From Ruditapes philippinarum (Eukaryota): a stretch of DNA of 64,000 nt. The first letter of the stretch is position 1. Every line of letters starts with the position of its first letter. Position numbers and translations under genes: made by a program. This document shows positions 52,115 to 64,000 of the stretch, piece after piece. Location of the stretch: NCBI RefSeq assembly GCF_026571515.1, contig NW_026865550.1, positions 124,001-188,000 of the forward strand, read 5' to 3'. Below the pieces are notes generated by a model, which saw only the letters and a program-made list of their open reading frames with translations, made no database searches and was not told the DNA's origin.

Positions 52115-53010
52115 CCGTAAATTAATGCGCCAAAAGCAGTAAAATAGCGAAACAATTCTTTTAACACTAAAATATACCTAATAAAAATTTGCTTGTAATG
52201 AAATAAAGAAACCCAAAATGTAGCTTTCCACAAAGATTGTTACTACATACATGTACTCCAAACTTGTTCTGAAATTAGTTTTTAACAACTATTGGGATAG
52301 AAAATAACTAACACATTGTCTTATCAAATTTGTTGCTTTATACTCACAAGTAAATAATTTTCGTGACTTATACTTTATATGAAGTTATTTCCTCCCGTAT
52401 GAATTGAAATTTGTCTATAATAAATCAATGAATTAATTTTCTTTTTCAAGATATAAATTCCCAGTCACACGATTTTAAAAGAACAGAAAATATATCACAA
52501 TATACTCTTTTATGACAATATAACAAGGAAAGATTGATAAATTTGACAAAATGTGTCCGGAGGAACATAAAAGCGAATTAATTAACGCCAAGAAAATCGC
52601 GCCAAATCTCTCCATCCATATATCCCTTAGAACATAAATCAAGCAGAAGGAACAATATTCTAAATTATGTTCTAATCAAGCTAACACAATTCCTGCCTAA
52701 TCTTTCTCAATGGTCCCTGTCTATAATCATTTTCCGTGCCGGTCCGGATTAAATTTGACGTCTATTCCCCGTTCATTTACGTGACTGATAAAACAATATG
52801 TCGAAAATGGGATCTCGTAATCAGCTAAATAATCCCACCGATTCCCAGGACATACACAATCCGATTATTTTGCTGTACAAATGTCATAAAATCAAATTTT
52901 GTTGACTTCCACCACGTGAAGAAGCTCCTAAATATATTGTTGTATGTCATTAAAATATGACAAACTTCGGTCTGTCAATGATTTGACGAACTGCTGTATT
53001 CACGACAATA

Positions 53011-53089
53011 GAGGGCGGGGCTTCGGGGAGCTAAACGCTGTTGTCCAATGAGAAATGATTGGTCGTTTGGTTTTGTAATATTTACCAAT
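53011..53089 (-). promoter_or_regulatory. Candidate Rx promoter: GC box plus three CCAAT boxes
   Basis: GGGCGGGG 53013-53020; CCAAT 53045; ATTGG 53058; CCAAT 53085; about 0.9 kb upstream of the Rx ATG. Confidence 0.4.
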
Positions 53090-54574
53090 TAGATGCGATA
53101 CTGAATGAAATTAAATCAATTAAGGTCTTCAATGAATTAATGAAAACAGACAACCTTTAACATCTTCCTTCAAAAAGAGCCTTACATTTGGACAAGATCA
53201 TGGACAAAATAATGTTTGTAAACTGACTGGTATAAGCCAGAAATCCAAATAAAATAAATCAAAAATGTTAACCAACTGAGTACAGTATACTTACATCTAG
53301 TTATATACATTGTATTTTACCCCTTTTTTAAAAAGAAAAAAAACTTCAAGTACAGTAAGCCCTATGTTTCAGAAAGTTGCCACGTACTTTAACTTTAGAG
53401 TTTCTATGTTTTTCTGGTCCTTTGGATCATTGGTTCAAATACGCTTAACGTCGAGGATTCAACACCGCTTAAGCCGGTGCTAGGGTGCTTGCGGGATGTT
53501 GCCTTTTCCATTATATCTCATGACCACACTCAATTACGTCTAGTCTGGTATTTTCAGCTACAATGTATCTGTTTACTTTTGCATTGTGTTTCAAGGACAT
53601 AACCTTTCACAATTACTTGAGAGCAAGAGCATTGCTAAGTTACATAAACCGACAAGTTAGCCCATCTTTCTACTTTTATTATAAAAAGTAAGTTTGAATA
53701 TGGAAATCATCTCCAGTTTAAATTTACAAATGTATTGTTTTATTTAAAAAAAACAATGTTTCGACTCGAGAGTCTTTGTCGGGTACACATTTTAGGTATG
53801 GACCTTAAGGCTGATTGATTACTTAAAAGGAATCGAATCAAATATAAATCATACTTTTTTCAGTTATTACATCAATATTTTTTTGTACCAAGGACTTATG
53901 TATAATACATGCGCCTTATCATAAAAGTTTTGTCTAGTGAATAATTATGATGAATTAATGAATTATTTGTTAATATGCTACGTCCTCACCTCTAAAAAAC
54001 ATGTTTCTAATATTTCGACCCGCCATTGACTTGTTTAAGGAAACGAAACCCTTAAAATGCTGTTATTTTTTTATTTCTTAAAACCTTTTAAAATTTGGTA
54101 TCTTTTTACCATACAGATTAGCTACATTTTGCTTCGTTTGTCCTTTGTCAAATGGTATAATTATAGTAAGTTGTATGGAAGTCAAAATACTACTTTGTTT
54201 ATATTTTGCTATCTTCTTTTACAACTCATTCCTTTCTGCTGTTGTTTAACATCTAAAATGCTTTAAATTCATTATCAAAATATAAAAAAACACCCACAAA
54301 GAAGACCTTTCTAAAGAATTAAAAAATATTGATTTTCTTAGCATAGTGTGCTTATAAAGAACACGCAAAACGGTAAACTTTGAAATGTTGCATGTTCAGA
54401 TTGATTTAGCCTATTCGTGGACGGTAGTGATAAGTGTAAGCTACCGTCTACGCCCCTAGCACCGTCTTTTTAATAATGTATAAACAGTTTTATGTGTTTC
54501 TTGTGTTTTTTAATTACAAGGAATGATGATTTTTGAGAAGGCACTAGATACAAACTATCATGTTGGCCATTTTG

Positions 54575-54744
54575 GGTTTATAGTTTATAGTTTATTCAAA
54601 TTTATTTTACTTCGATTGTGTTGAAAGCTAAAAACTTAGTGAAACACTCTTGAATCCGTTCCTGGAACCAACCAGTACTAAGCAATGAATGTAAAGTTTC
54701 TTGCTCAAGGAAACAACGGCTTGCCCTTGACAGGGGTTGAACCC
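54575..54744 (-). mobile_element. CORE-type SINE fragment
   Basis: Minus strand: B box gggttcaaccc, then ttgtttccttgagcaagaaacttt, resembling the CORE domain. Confidence 0.6.
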
Positions 54745-55409
54745 ATTTTTGTGAACTGTTGTGAAAAATAAAGATTTTTCGACTTTGGCTTTGCCTTTGA
54801 CGTTTGCCTTACGTTTCTACAAAGTTATAAGATTTCATCTTGCAGTTTCACCAAGGACTATTAGTTGAAACTGATATGCTTATTAATTATGACAAGTTAA
54901 AGAACATGTGTACATAAACTACTCTTAGCTTTTTCTCTTGTAAAGAATGAGATGGAAAAAAACGTAAAATAGGAAAGAGCACCCTTCAAAATCGCGTTTA
55001 AATAAATTTGATTTAATCGAATTAATTAAAACATGTCAAAAGATAACTGTTTAACTAGGCTTTGATGTCTCGCTGCGGTCACAATTCAGCAGTAACCACT
55101 TTTTATATTGACATAAAGCTTTCTAACACAAGGTATTTTCAATTTTTTCAAAATATTCATTGAAACAGGCCTTTCATGCCTTTACAATTTCAATGTTTAC
55201 TTTAAGAATTTTTTCCTTGTGCTCATTGAATTGTTCGATTACCAGTATTTTGATTATTTTCAAATTTGATATATTGACATGAATGCTCTTTTCTGATTTA
55301 GATAATTTACACCGGGCGCCATCGTGTTACTCATCTAAAGTTGATGTCACTATAGTATTAAAGAAGATCTGTCTGTGAAAAAAAGCCGAAATTTTAATAT
55401 CAACTTTAA

Positions 55410-55655
55410 AGGAACTCTACCGAGGTCCAAAAACCTAAAAACGTAATATTTGAATTTCTTACATAGATCAGCTGTGGCAAATAAAACAACAATAACTACA
55501 CAAGATAATCAAGAAATATACTCAGAAATATATTAGAAATCATATTTTTTGTGTTTTTGATAGCCCGTTTGAGTGAAAAGCGTTGCAAAGATATTCCATT
55601 TTTTGTCATTTTCTACAATAAGAATAATTATTCCGGGAAACTCGGTGGAGTCCCT
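55410..55655. mobile_element. Kolobok-type MITE family A copy with internal deletion
   Basis: ttaa-aggaactctaccgagg...ctcggtggagtccct-ttaa. Confidence 0.75.
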
Positions 55656-55939
55656 TTAAAATATTCAGTCAAAAATTCATTTAATTTATCCCATCTGCAT
55701 GCATCCGGAAAGATGCATATGCTATATATAGACACGGCTGTATGAATTGTGGTTAACTAACCGGCAAACAATGGCATGTCATTACGCTGTTAAAGCAGGT
55801 TTGCACACTAGACAGAAACGATGCTGAAGGGAACATAAAGCATTTCCTCGAATTTGCGAGAACAAGTGATCTTTACTCTTTTGATATACTGTACTTCTTA
55901 TAACAGGTTTTTATTTCTTTGTGAATATTATTGGGCACG

Positions 55940-55941
<2 letters not shown>

Positions 55942-55996
<55 letters not shown>
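55942..55996. repeat. (TAA)n microsatellite
   Basis: Read directly. Confidence 0.95.
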
Positions 55997-58182
55997 TCTT
56001 TTTAACCAAACCAATCAAAATTGCATTACAAATTCCATTTTTCTATCTATATTTTGAAATCTGATTACCCATAACTTTGGAGTCACGGACACGTGAAACA
56101 TTCTCCGAAAATAATTAAGTAAAGACAAATAGTTGAATATTGCCGTCTTGAATTAATTAAGTGTAGCCATGAGAGATTATGAAAAGTGCAAAATCTCATA
56201 GGCTCCCTAGCACCGGCTTCATCGTTTTTCTTTTCTCAACACTGAAATATCCGAGTCTATGGTTGCAAAGGACAAGAAAACACTGGGATGAAGAACTGGA
56301 CAAATTCTCACAGACCTTTCAATCTTTGTCGCAACAGACAATCAGAGAAATTGATTAGAGCTTCGGATATGCACCTTAATATAGAACAATTGTAAAAAAT
56401 ATGATAAACAAGATCAACAAGGAAAGGCGGCGTTCAATGAACGCAACCCCCATATGACCCAGCAACAAGAACCAATGGCAAGGAGCCCAGGCGGACCCCA
56501 AACAAAAACAGGACAGGGCAAAGACAGAGCACGGACAGGTTAATCATTAAATTATAAATAATTTGTAACTGATTAGGAATTCAAAGAAAATAATAATAGG
56601 CCCACAAAGGGGAATGGGACATGAGACCGGGGGAAGGGGGGGGGGGTTAATCAAAGAAATAAAACTACAGGCAATGGGGAAGATACTTACCGTAGACGAG
56701 AAAACAACAAGGGACACAAGCTAAAGTGTCACCAAAACAGTATGAAACAACATAGACATACATCTGAGGAACACAGTGGGGCGCCGCCTTGGAACGGTCA
56801 GCAGCATAATAATGACTGCTGGGGAGTTTAAACCGGTTAATGGTGCACCAAACCTCGCTCTTAGACTTATTTTGTAAATAACCTGTGACTGTTCACATCA
56901 TTTGGCGGCGTCTTTGATGTGCAGCATCAACATTTAAAAAACTTTATTTATATGTTCATCATTTTCTATTTAATGATCAAAACTACACTGAATAAAGCGT
57001 GAATGTTTCTCTATTTCAGAGAATGAAGCCTGTGTTAGCATCTCTTAACCTTTATTCTTCTGGAATCCAAAGTGATTAGCTTAGAGCCAATCAGCACATC
57101 TGTGCAGTCTAACAAGTTTCTTTCGGTCGCTCACTTTTCTGTATTTTGATGTTAAAATTCGTTTGTAACAATAACATTTCCAAATTAAAAGCAAGGCACA
57201 ACTATTACAAACATTTAAAAAGTAAGAATTAGATTTGGTAGTACTTGGTCATACTTGTCAATAAACATGTATAAAGCCCTGGTACTCAAGTATACATGTA
57301 CATTGGAATTCAAATTTTATCTAAAAAACTGGCTTAGACTTTATAGAAAATAAATTACTAAGTACCCATTTATGTACATGTACATGAAATGTTAATTTCG
57401 GTAATAACTCTAGAAATAATGCTTTTTAAAACATACAATATTGATAAATCTTCATTTGAGCATCAGATTTATGATAAAAATAAAATAACATAAAAAATAG
57501 CGTTACTGGATCTTTAAGCAGAATTTTATATTTAAACATGGAACTTTTTTTTTTTAGGTCTGTGACAAAAATTTAAATATTCGAATAGGTATATAGGCGT
57601 TCTATAATATTAAATACAGAACCAAAACGTTAACCCTTGTTACTGGTTTATCATCCCTAATGACGATAGTACCTTGAATAAAATAAAATACATGTTAAAC
57701 AAAGCTTGCAGTTGCAAATGTGTGTATAAAAGTGCTTTCAGCACTTTGATCAAATTAATATCATTTTCTTTCGAATAAATTCCTGGACAAGTTTCTCATA
57801 GCACTTTAATCACCCGCGTTTTGACCCGAAATACTCGTTTATTTGCTTCCTTGAAATGTCTGAAAGTGATAGCATTTTGGTACGTATGTTTAAATGTAAT
57901 AGCTGCTCTTGAAATTTCCAAAATAAAAGCTCCCTTTTTATGAAAATTCTACAAAACCATTTAAGAAGATTTTAAAAATATCTGTTAAAGCTTATAAATT
58001 TGGGTAACATGAGATATATGTCCAGAATATTCATCATTAGTAACAGCAAAGTTATGAAATAAAAATCTGGCTTGAATCCAGTGGTAATCTCTATGCGATA
58101 CCGAATATGTCACGTGGGTTGGCCACTTGTGATTTAGGTGTGAAAATAAACTGTATAACCCCTTTGTTGACCATTGATAATG

Positions 58183-58865
58183 TATAACAGACAACATGAG
58201 ACTAACCAGGACATAACAGACAACATAAGACTAACTAGGACGGAACAGACAACATAAGAATAACTAGGACATAACAGACAACATAAGAATAACTAGGACA
58301 TAACAGACAACATAAGAATAACTAGGACATAACAGACAACATAAGACTAACTAGGACAAAGCAGACAACATAAGACTAATCAGGACGGAACAGACAACAT
58401 AAGACTAACTATGAAATAATAGACAACATAAGACTAACTAGGAAATAACATACAACATGACACTAACCAGAAAATAGCATACAACATGAGACTTACCAGA
58501 ACAGAACATACAACATGACACTACCCAGGACATAACAGACAACATCAAACTAACCAGGACATAACAGACAACATTTGACTAATCAGGACATAACAGACAT
58601 CATAAGACTTACCAGAAAATAGCATACAACATGAGACTTACCAGAAAATAGCATACAACATGAGACTTACCAGGACATAACATACAACATGAAACTAACC
58701 AGGACATAACATACAACATGAAACTAACCAGATCATAACATACAATAACATACAGCATAAAACAAACCAGATCATAACATACAACATCAAACTATCTAGG
58801 ACATAACATACAACATGAAACTGACTAGATCACTACATACCATAACATACAACATGAAACTATTT
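58183..58865. repeat. 29-bp minisatellite (ACATAACAGACAACATAAGACTAACTAGG), about 23 copies
   Basis: 29-bp period read directly. Confidence 0.92.
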
Positions 58866-59156
58866 CAGGTGTTTGGACAATGAGAAACATTTTGGAAACT
58901 GTAACAGGACACCAACAGTTAACAGCTTTGTGAAATAAACTTTAAAGCATCTCTGGGGCATAATGGGCCTTTTATGAAATTTTCTAATCTCAGTTAGGGC
59001 AATAAAATTTATCATTTCAAAATGTTTAACTGAATAGCGTTCAGTTTGGATGATGATCATATAGCATGGATGTTCTGGCTGATCTTGGTCGGCACTGGTC
59101 GCAATTGGTAGAATCTGTTGCCATTAGCTGGATAAGCGTAAATTATACTTGTTTAA

Positions 59157-59504
59157 AGAGACTCAGCTGAGGTTTGTTGACAAGAAGGGACCGAAAATAT
59201 GTTCTCAAGTTTTTCGTATAACTAGATGCATGTCTAGATTAATAACTCGTGTACAAAACAGATCATTCGCTCACTGTTTCCCAGAAATAATAAATTTTAT
59301 TGTGCAAATTGACCCAAAAATGAAACCCGTTGCAACGCTTTTCACTCAAATCGGCCAAAAATCGCATAAAAATCGATTATCAAGTTAATAAGGTGCATAT
59401 CTTTATATCATCTTTACTTGGTTTCAAATTAAAGTGTACCAGTTGATTGAAAAAAGCATTTCAAAATTTATTATTTTAGGCTATTGGACCTCAGTGGAGT
59501 TTCT
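59157..59504. mobile_element. Kolobok-type MITE family A copy (diverged)
   Basis: ttaa-agagactcagctgagg...cctcagtggagtttct-ttaa. Confidence 0.7.
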
Positions 59505-60148
59505 TTAAAGCCAATTCAGTGACATAGTGTTGCATCCTTGATAATATTTTTAACGAAAACAGTCAAATGCCCAACAAGCAGTATGTGCAGAGTTACTTTG
59601 TTATTATTGTACCTGAGGGACTCCTTTTTTGCAAATATCATTTTCAAAATATGTAGGTAAAAGTTTTGTCCTCTTTTATCTCTATCATTCTACATAATGA
59701 AATACTACATTTTCTAGATGATTCTGGGAAAGAAAGATCTATCTAGAACAATATTAAAACGGCTTAATTGGTATTCAACCCTCAATGTTAAAAGTATTAG
59801 AATCAAAGACCCCGAAAGACCAGAAAAATGTATGAAAAACGAAAACAATGTAGCATTAATATGTATTTACTAGTATACAATGCACGCGTTTATTCCAATA
59901 AAACATTGCGAAACAGGTATGTCAGTTTTAATGTAATTCTTGTTGCACTTTTCTTCATCTCTCATAGACTGTTTCAGTCAAACAAAATTGACAATTCCAT
60001 ATGTTTAGTTTTAGTGTTATCTACGAGTTTAAGATTTGTTTTACTCAAAACAGCAGGTGTCAAATGCGAATAGGCAGCTGTTTGATTTATATTACCCTGT
60101 TTGTATTTTTCTGGTCCGAAAACATTGTTATACTTGTATACCCCTTGA

Positions 60149-60390
60149 ACCGGTGCTAAGGGGCGTGACACTTCAACGTTGTCAAGGAGCATTGCATTAT
60201 ATTGGTGTTAAAAGCGTGATGTTGCAACGGTGCTAAAGAGTATGGTATTGCATTGGTGCTAGAAAGCATTATATCGCACCGAAGGTGCTTGGAGCTTAAT
60301 ATAGAATCGGTGCTTGGATGTGTGATATTGCACCGATGCTAGAGAGCGTAATATTGTACCTGTGCTGGGGAGAGTGATATTACTCTATCA
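60149..60390. repeat. Degenerate ~26-bp minisatellite (GCACCGGTGCTAGAGAGCGTGATATT)
   Basis: ggtgcta...gtgatattgcac recurs about 9 times. Confidence 0.7.
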
Positions 60391-60929
60391 AACCGAGTCT
60401 ACAATTATCTTGCACACGTATTTATATTTGGTATTTATTACTTTCAAATTTTCTTCGAATTCTCCTAGACTTAAAACAAAAGGTATCAAATGGGAAAATA
60501 CTGCCTCGTACATCGTTTATAGTATCATTGATTCAAATTTAAGACTGGAGGTTGCTTAAACCGATAGAAATAGGGGAATACTAAAAGTTACAACTTTGAA
60601 AGATTTTAATTATGTTTCATTAACTCAAGCCGACTTACTAGTACATGTATCTCTTAAATATTAATGTACATGTATATTCCTTGTTCTCAAAGGGTGAATT
60701 TTACAAACGTTTTTTCTTAAACATTATAACATGTAAAATCAAAGCACAGAAGGCGCTGAATTTGTTTGGGTCTCAGAATGTAAGAAAGGTGCAGGTTGTG
60801 AGATTATATGTATAGTGCCACCAATGCTTTCCAGCGTTTTAATTGTAGTAAATTGGCTATAAGACTTATTGCAACACTGATATGCAATCCAATGTTTATT
60901 TGACTTAAACAATTTGAAAAAAAAAATGA

Positions 60930-61000
60930 GTTGCCTTTACTGGGATTTGAACTCCAGGCCTCTCGCTTCATAGGCGAGCGCGAAAACCCTTCAGCCACGG
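60930..61000 (-). pseudogene. tRNA-like Pol III unit, copy 1 (no acceptor stem)
   Basis: A box TGGCTGAAGGG; stem CTCGC/GCGAG with 7-nt loop; B box GTTCAAATCCC; followed by oligo-T. Confidence 0.55.
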
Positions 61001-61399
61001 TGAATTTATATGTGAACGACCTGAAGAAAACCATATTATTCTAAATTAGGGCTTTTAACGACTTTAACTGTTGTTTAACACAGATGTAAATAATCCTGGA
61101 GCTTACTATAAGCATGTATATTTATAAAGAATCAAAGGGATGCAAGTTCTGTGGTATTTTCTGATCTTTGCAATCTTAATCGTACTGTATATCTGTATGC
61201 ATTTTCCTGTATAAGTTTATTTTTATGTATTATAATTCATTTTGCAAGGCACCAGAGTTTGATACATACGGAATTCTGCATAACTAGAGATGCATCAAAA
61301 AATCATTTATGTTCATTTTTTTACGACTGTCACACTTTATCCTTGCATATCATGGCTACTTCCTTAACAAAGACACTTAAAAAAGATTTTAAAAAAAAT

Positions 61400-61469
61400 G
61401 TTTCCTCGACTTGGATTTGAACTCCAGACCTCTCACTCCTGAAGCGAGCGCGTTACCCCTGCACCACGG
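61400..61469 (-). pseudogene. tRNA-like Pol III unit, copy 2
   Basis: Same layout 470 bp away, with a different loop sequence. Confidence 0.55.
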
Positions 61470-63308
61470 AGAAGTTATACAACAAATGTCTGAATAACAT
61501 CAAGTCATTCTAGATTTAGAACTTCCATTGCATTTCGGGTTTGTTATCCTTATTAATTTCAAGGTATTTTGTTCAGGATAAACCAGTTGTTTAAAATTGA
61601 AGTAAATAATTTAGCGAAAATCTTCTCGCCCAAACAGTCCGACATGTAGAATCTATATATTCCACTACTCGGTTTGTGTAGTATCCGGTAATCGATATCG
61701 CTAAAAATAGTATTTTCATTGATAAAATCATATTCATCCGCGTAATTTGTGATTGTGCATTTATTGACAATTTTTTTAGCCAACGCTATTTTTAAACTTT
61801 GAATGCGTTGTTATTTGTTGGATACTTGTAACAAAATAAAAATATTTCTTTCTTTTAAATCGCTAGTTTTAAGCTGTTTTGAGAACTACTTGTTGTTAGG
61901 TTTGTTGTGAACTTCTGTGTCAGAGATTGAATGTCCGCTTTGTATTTACTTAATTTCGATCAGAAAATACAATAAAACAATATTAGAAATCTTCGACCAT
62001 TCGGGAATTATTTTGCTTGAAAATTAATTCGCCTGTCTTTGACCATCTTTACGCAGTGATCTCCCCTGAATTTTTCGGCGTTAGTGTACATATAAAGGGA
62101 AGTAACCGCTTCAAAAAAGTGGACTACTTTCGGCGTTTGCAATTAACAACATTAGACTCTGAAATTTCGCAACCATTATTTGTTTGGTCTGACGACCCAA
62201 ACAAATAAAAAACGATTTATTTTCGGTCTAAGATTCATCTTCTAATTTTAAAGCGTCACTTGTTTCTTTCACTATACACAGTTTTTTTGTTAATGTTAAT
62301 TCCATTTTCGTCGCACAAAGATGGGCATTTCAGTTCATTTAACATATTCCTTATTGCAGATTGTTAACGGACCAAAGTTGAAACTTTATAATTGGATTGA
62401 AGTGGGCGAAAACACCCATTATACACTATATTACCAGTCATTGTAATGAGAAAAAGGGGGAAACTACATTTGCTAAATGGATCTCTTTGTGCGCTATTCA
62501 AAACGAATGGAATGAACTTTCAAAAATAGTTCTTAGTCTATTAGCGTATGTAAAAAAGGCTAATAAATAACATACTTTGTGTAATATGAAAATATTGCTC
62601 ATTTAGTAAACGTTTCATACATCAATGTATTATTGTATTATAGATAATTAGTAGGTGATGTGCTTTTTGTCACCCAGAATAGGCGGGAATTGTCGCGTGC
62701 TATGGGAGTCCTCCTGGCGCTTTAAAAAGCTTCTTTTTTGTGCTGCAGTGTTGTACAAATATTTGATTATCGCCACTTGTGAATTGATATATTTTTCTTT
62801 GCTTTTTTGTGGTCTTCATTGGACACATTAATCTATAGTCATTTAGTCGCCTGAATGCAATGTGGTATTTTAATAACATTTCATTTTTGTCTAATAATTT
62901 ATAAAAATGCATTTTCGGCAACGTGAAAACATTGAACAGTCGTTCTGGCTGTTTACCTAAAAAGAACAGAATTTCAAAAGGTTATAATGTAATATTGTAC
63001 CAGTTAATTGGAAATATTTATTACAACAATTTAATTTTTGGAGCAATTTAAATTCCCTCACGGGTGTGTACACACTTCTATACCATTCCATTTTGTTTTC
63101 CAATGTCCAAGCTCATTTTCTTTTCACAAAGCGTGAATATGCGTTGTTCCAAAGTTAACAAAAGAAGGGAATTATAGATGAACATGTCATAACTAAAAAC
63201 GCATGCTTTAAATAGTATTCCAAACGCAGTGATTGGTTGCAAATCCAATACACATTGTTTGGTACTAAGTTTGAATCCAATATACAGTGTTCGGTTCTAA
63301 ATGAAATA

Positions 63309-63530
63309 GTTTGTTTGTTTGTGTTTTACATCACACCGACACAGTATATGTCATAGGGCGACGTTCCAGCTTTACTGGTGATGGAAGATCTCAGGTGCCC
63401 TTCCGTGCATTATTTCAGGCAAACAGGCACCTGAGTAGAACCACCGACGTTTCATAAGCTAGCTGGATAGCTTCCTCACATGAAAGAATCCAAAGTCCCT
63501 GTTTGAAGTCAACGGCCTTAACCACTCGGT
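63309..63530 (-). mobile_element. Same SINE family
   Basis: ggcacctgagtagaaccaccgacg...ctagctggatagcttcctcacatg; (TTTG)n tail. Confidence 0.8.
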
Positions 63531-63921
63531 TCTAAATCTTAGTGTTTAATATTAAATCCTTGATCATATACATAGTATTTAGTAAAACATGTAAATAGTG
63601 TTGTAAAAATGTGAAATTGCTTTGAGAATGCAACAATTCATTTTATAAACATTTTATGTATTTTTTGTGAAACCAATTTTAAATCAAAATTTTCATTTTT
63701 TATCATTTTTTTTAAAGCTAAAACTTGACGGGATTGCAAAAAAATTTAATGGATTCTGAAACGATAATTATATGATATGTGGTTATAGGGATAAAGATAT
63801 TACAAATCTATCCACGACAGTGACGGTTTAAAAATTTTCAAGATATTTTTGGTTGTTTATCGGTCTGAATAAAATTAGCACGGTGGTGAGCATCCCTGAC
63901 TCAGTCGTTTAATATAACATT

Positions 63922-64000
63922 TGAGCCGCGTCATGACAAAACCAACATAATGGGTTTGCGACGAGCATGGATCCAGACCAGCCTGCGCATTCGCGCAGTC
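63922..64000. mobile_element. Same palindromic MITE family, running off the right edge
   Basis: tgagccgcgtcatgacaaaaccaacata...ggatccagaccagcctgcgca is the reverse complement of ~4930-5006. Confidence 0.75.

Noticed and set aside
43990-52850. TAATTA/TAATCC homeodomain sites as Rx auto- or Otx regulation
   Set aside because: Plausible, but such AT-rich hexamers are too frequent here to call without conservation data
55854-56057. Poly-Ile transmembrane-like ORF
   Set aside because: Produced by the (TAA)n microsatellite
56400-56870. Purine-rich, GC-richer block, possibly a retroelement end
   Set aside because: Single copy in the window with no ORF, TIR or TSD, so it cannot be classified from the sequence alone
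58183-58865. CRISPR array (29-bp repeats)
   Set aside because: Units are directly adjacent with no unique spacers, there are no cas genes, and the context is eukaryotic

Overview
AT-rich, intron-containing animal DNA, not prokaryotic. The tRNA-SINE, HINE and MITE complement suggests a bivalve mollusc, possibly a venerid-type clam (inference). Five protein-coding genes were rebuilt by hand from GT-AG splice sites with consistent exon phases. (1) OSTF1 (SH3 + ankyrin; minus strand; 6 exons from 12802 to 476; continues past the left edge). (2) Head-to-head with it, a compact 226-aa Pygopus (plus strand, 14140-16690) whose ChiLS-binding NPF motif reads NPM. (3) A 13-exon, 717-aa secreted protein with three MAM domains, a Thr-rich mucin segment and CxCxC linkers (minus strand, 36147-25537). 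(4) A class-A peptide-type orphan GPCR with one coding exon (plus strand, 39780-41036), preceded by a CACGTG E-box cluster. (5) Retinal homeobox Rx/Rax (minus strand, 3 exons, 52114-43441). The rest holds TTAA-flanked Kolobok-type MITEs (two families), TA-flanked MITEs, a satellite-carrying Helentron-type element, a 5'-truncated LINE, SINEs, foldbacks and minisatellites. I cannot support a wholly new multi-gene system. The best leads are the NPM Pygopus, a long motif (AAGCCGGTGCTAGGG) repeated around Rx that includes a 30/32-bp inverted pair, the triple-MAM/mucin protein, and the E-box cluster at the GPCR.
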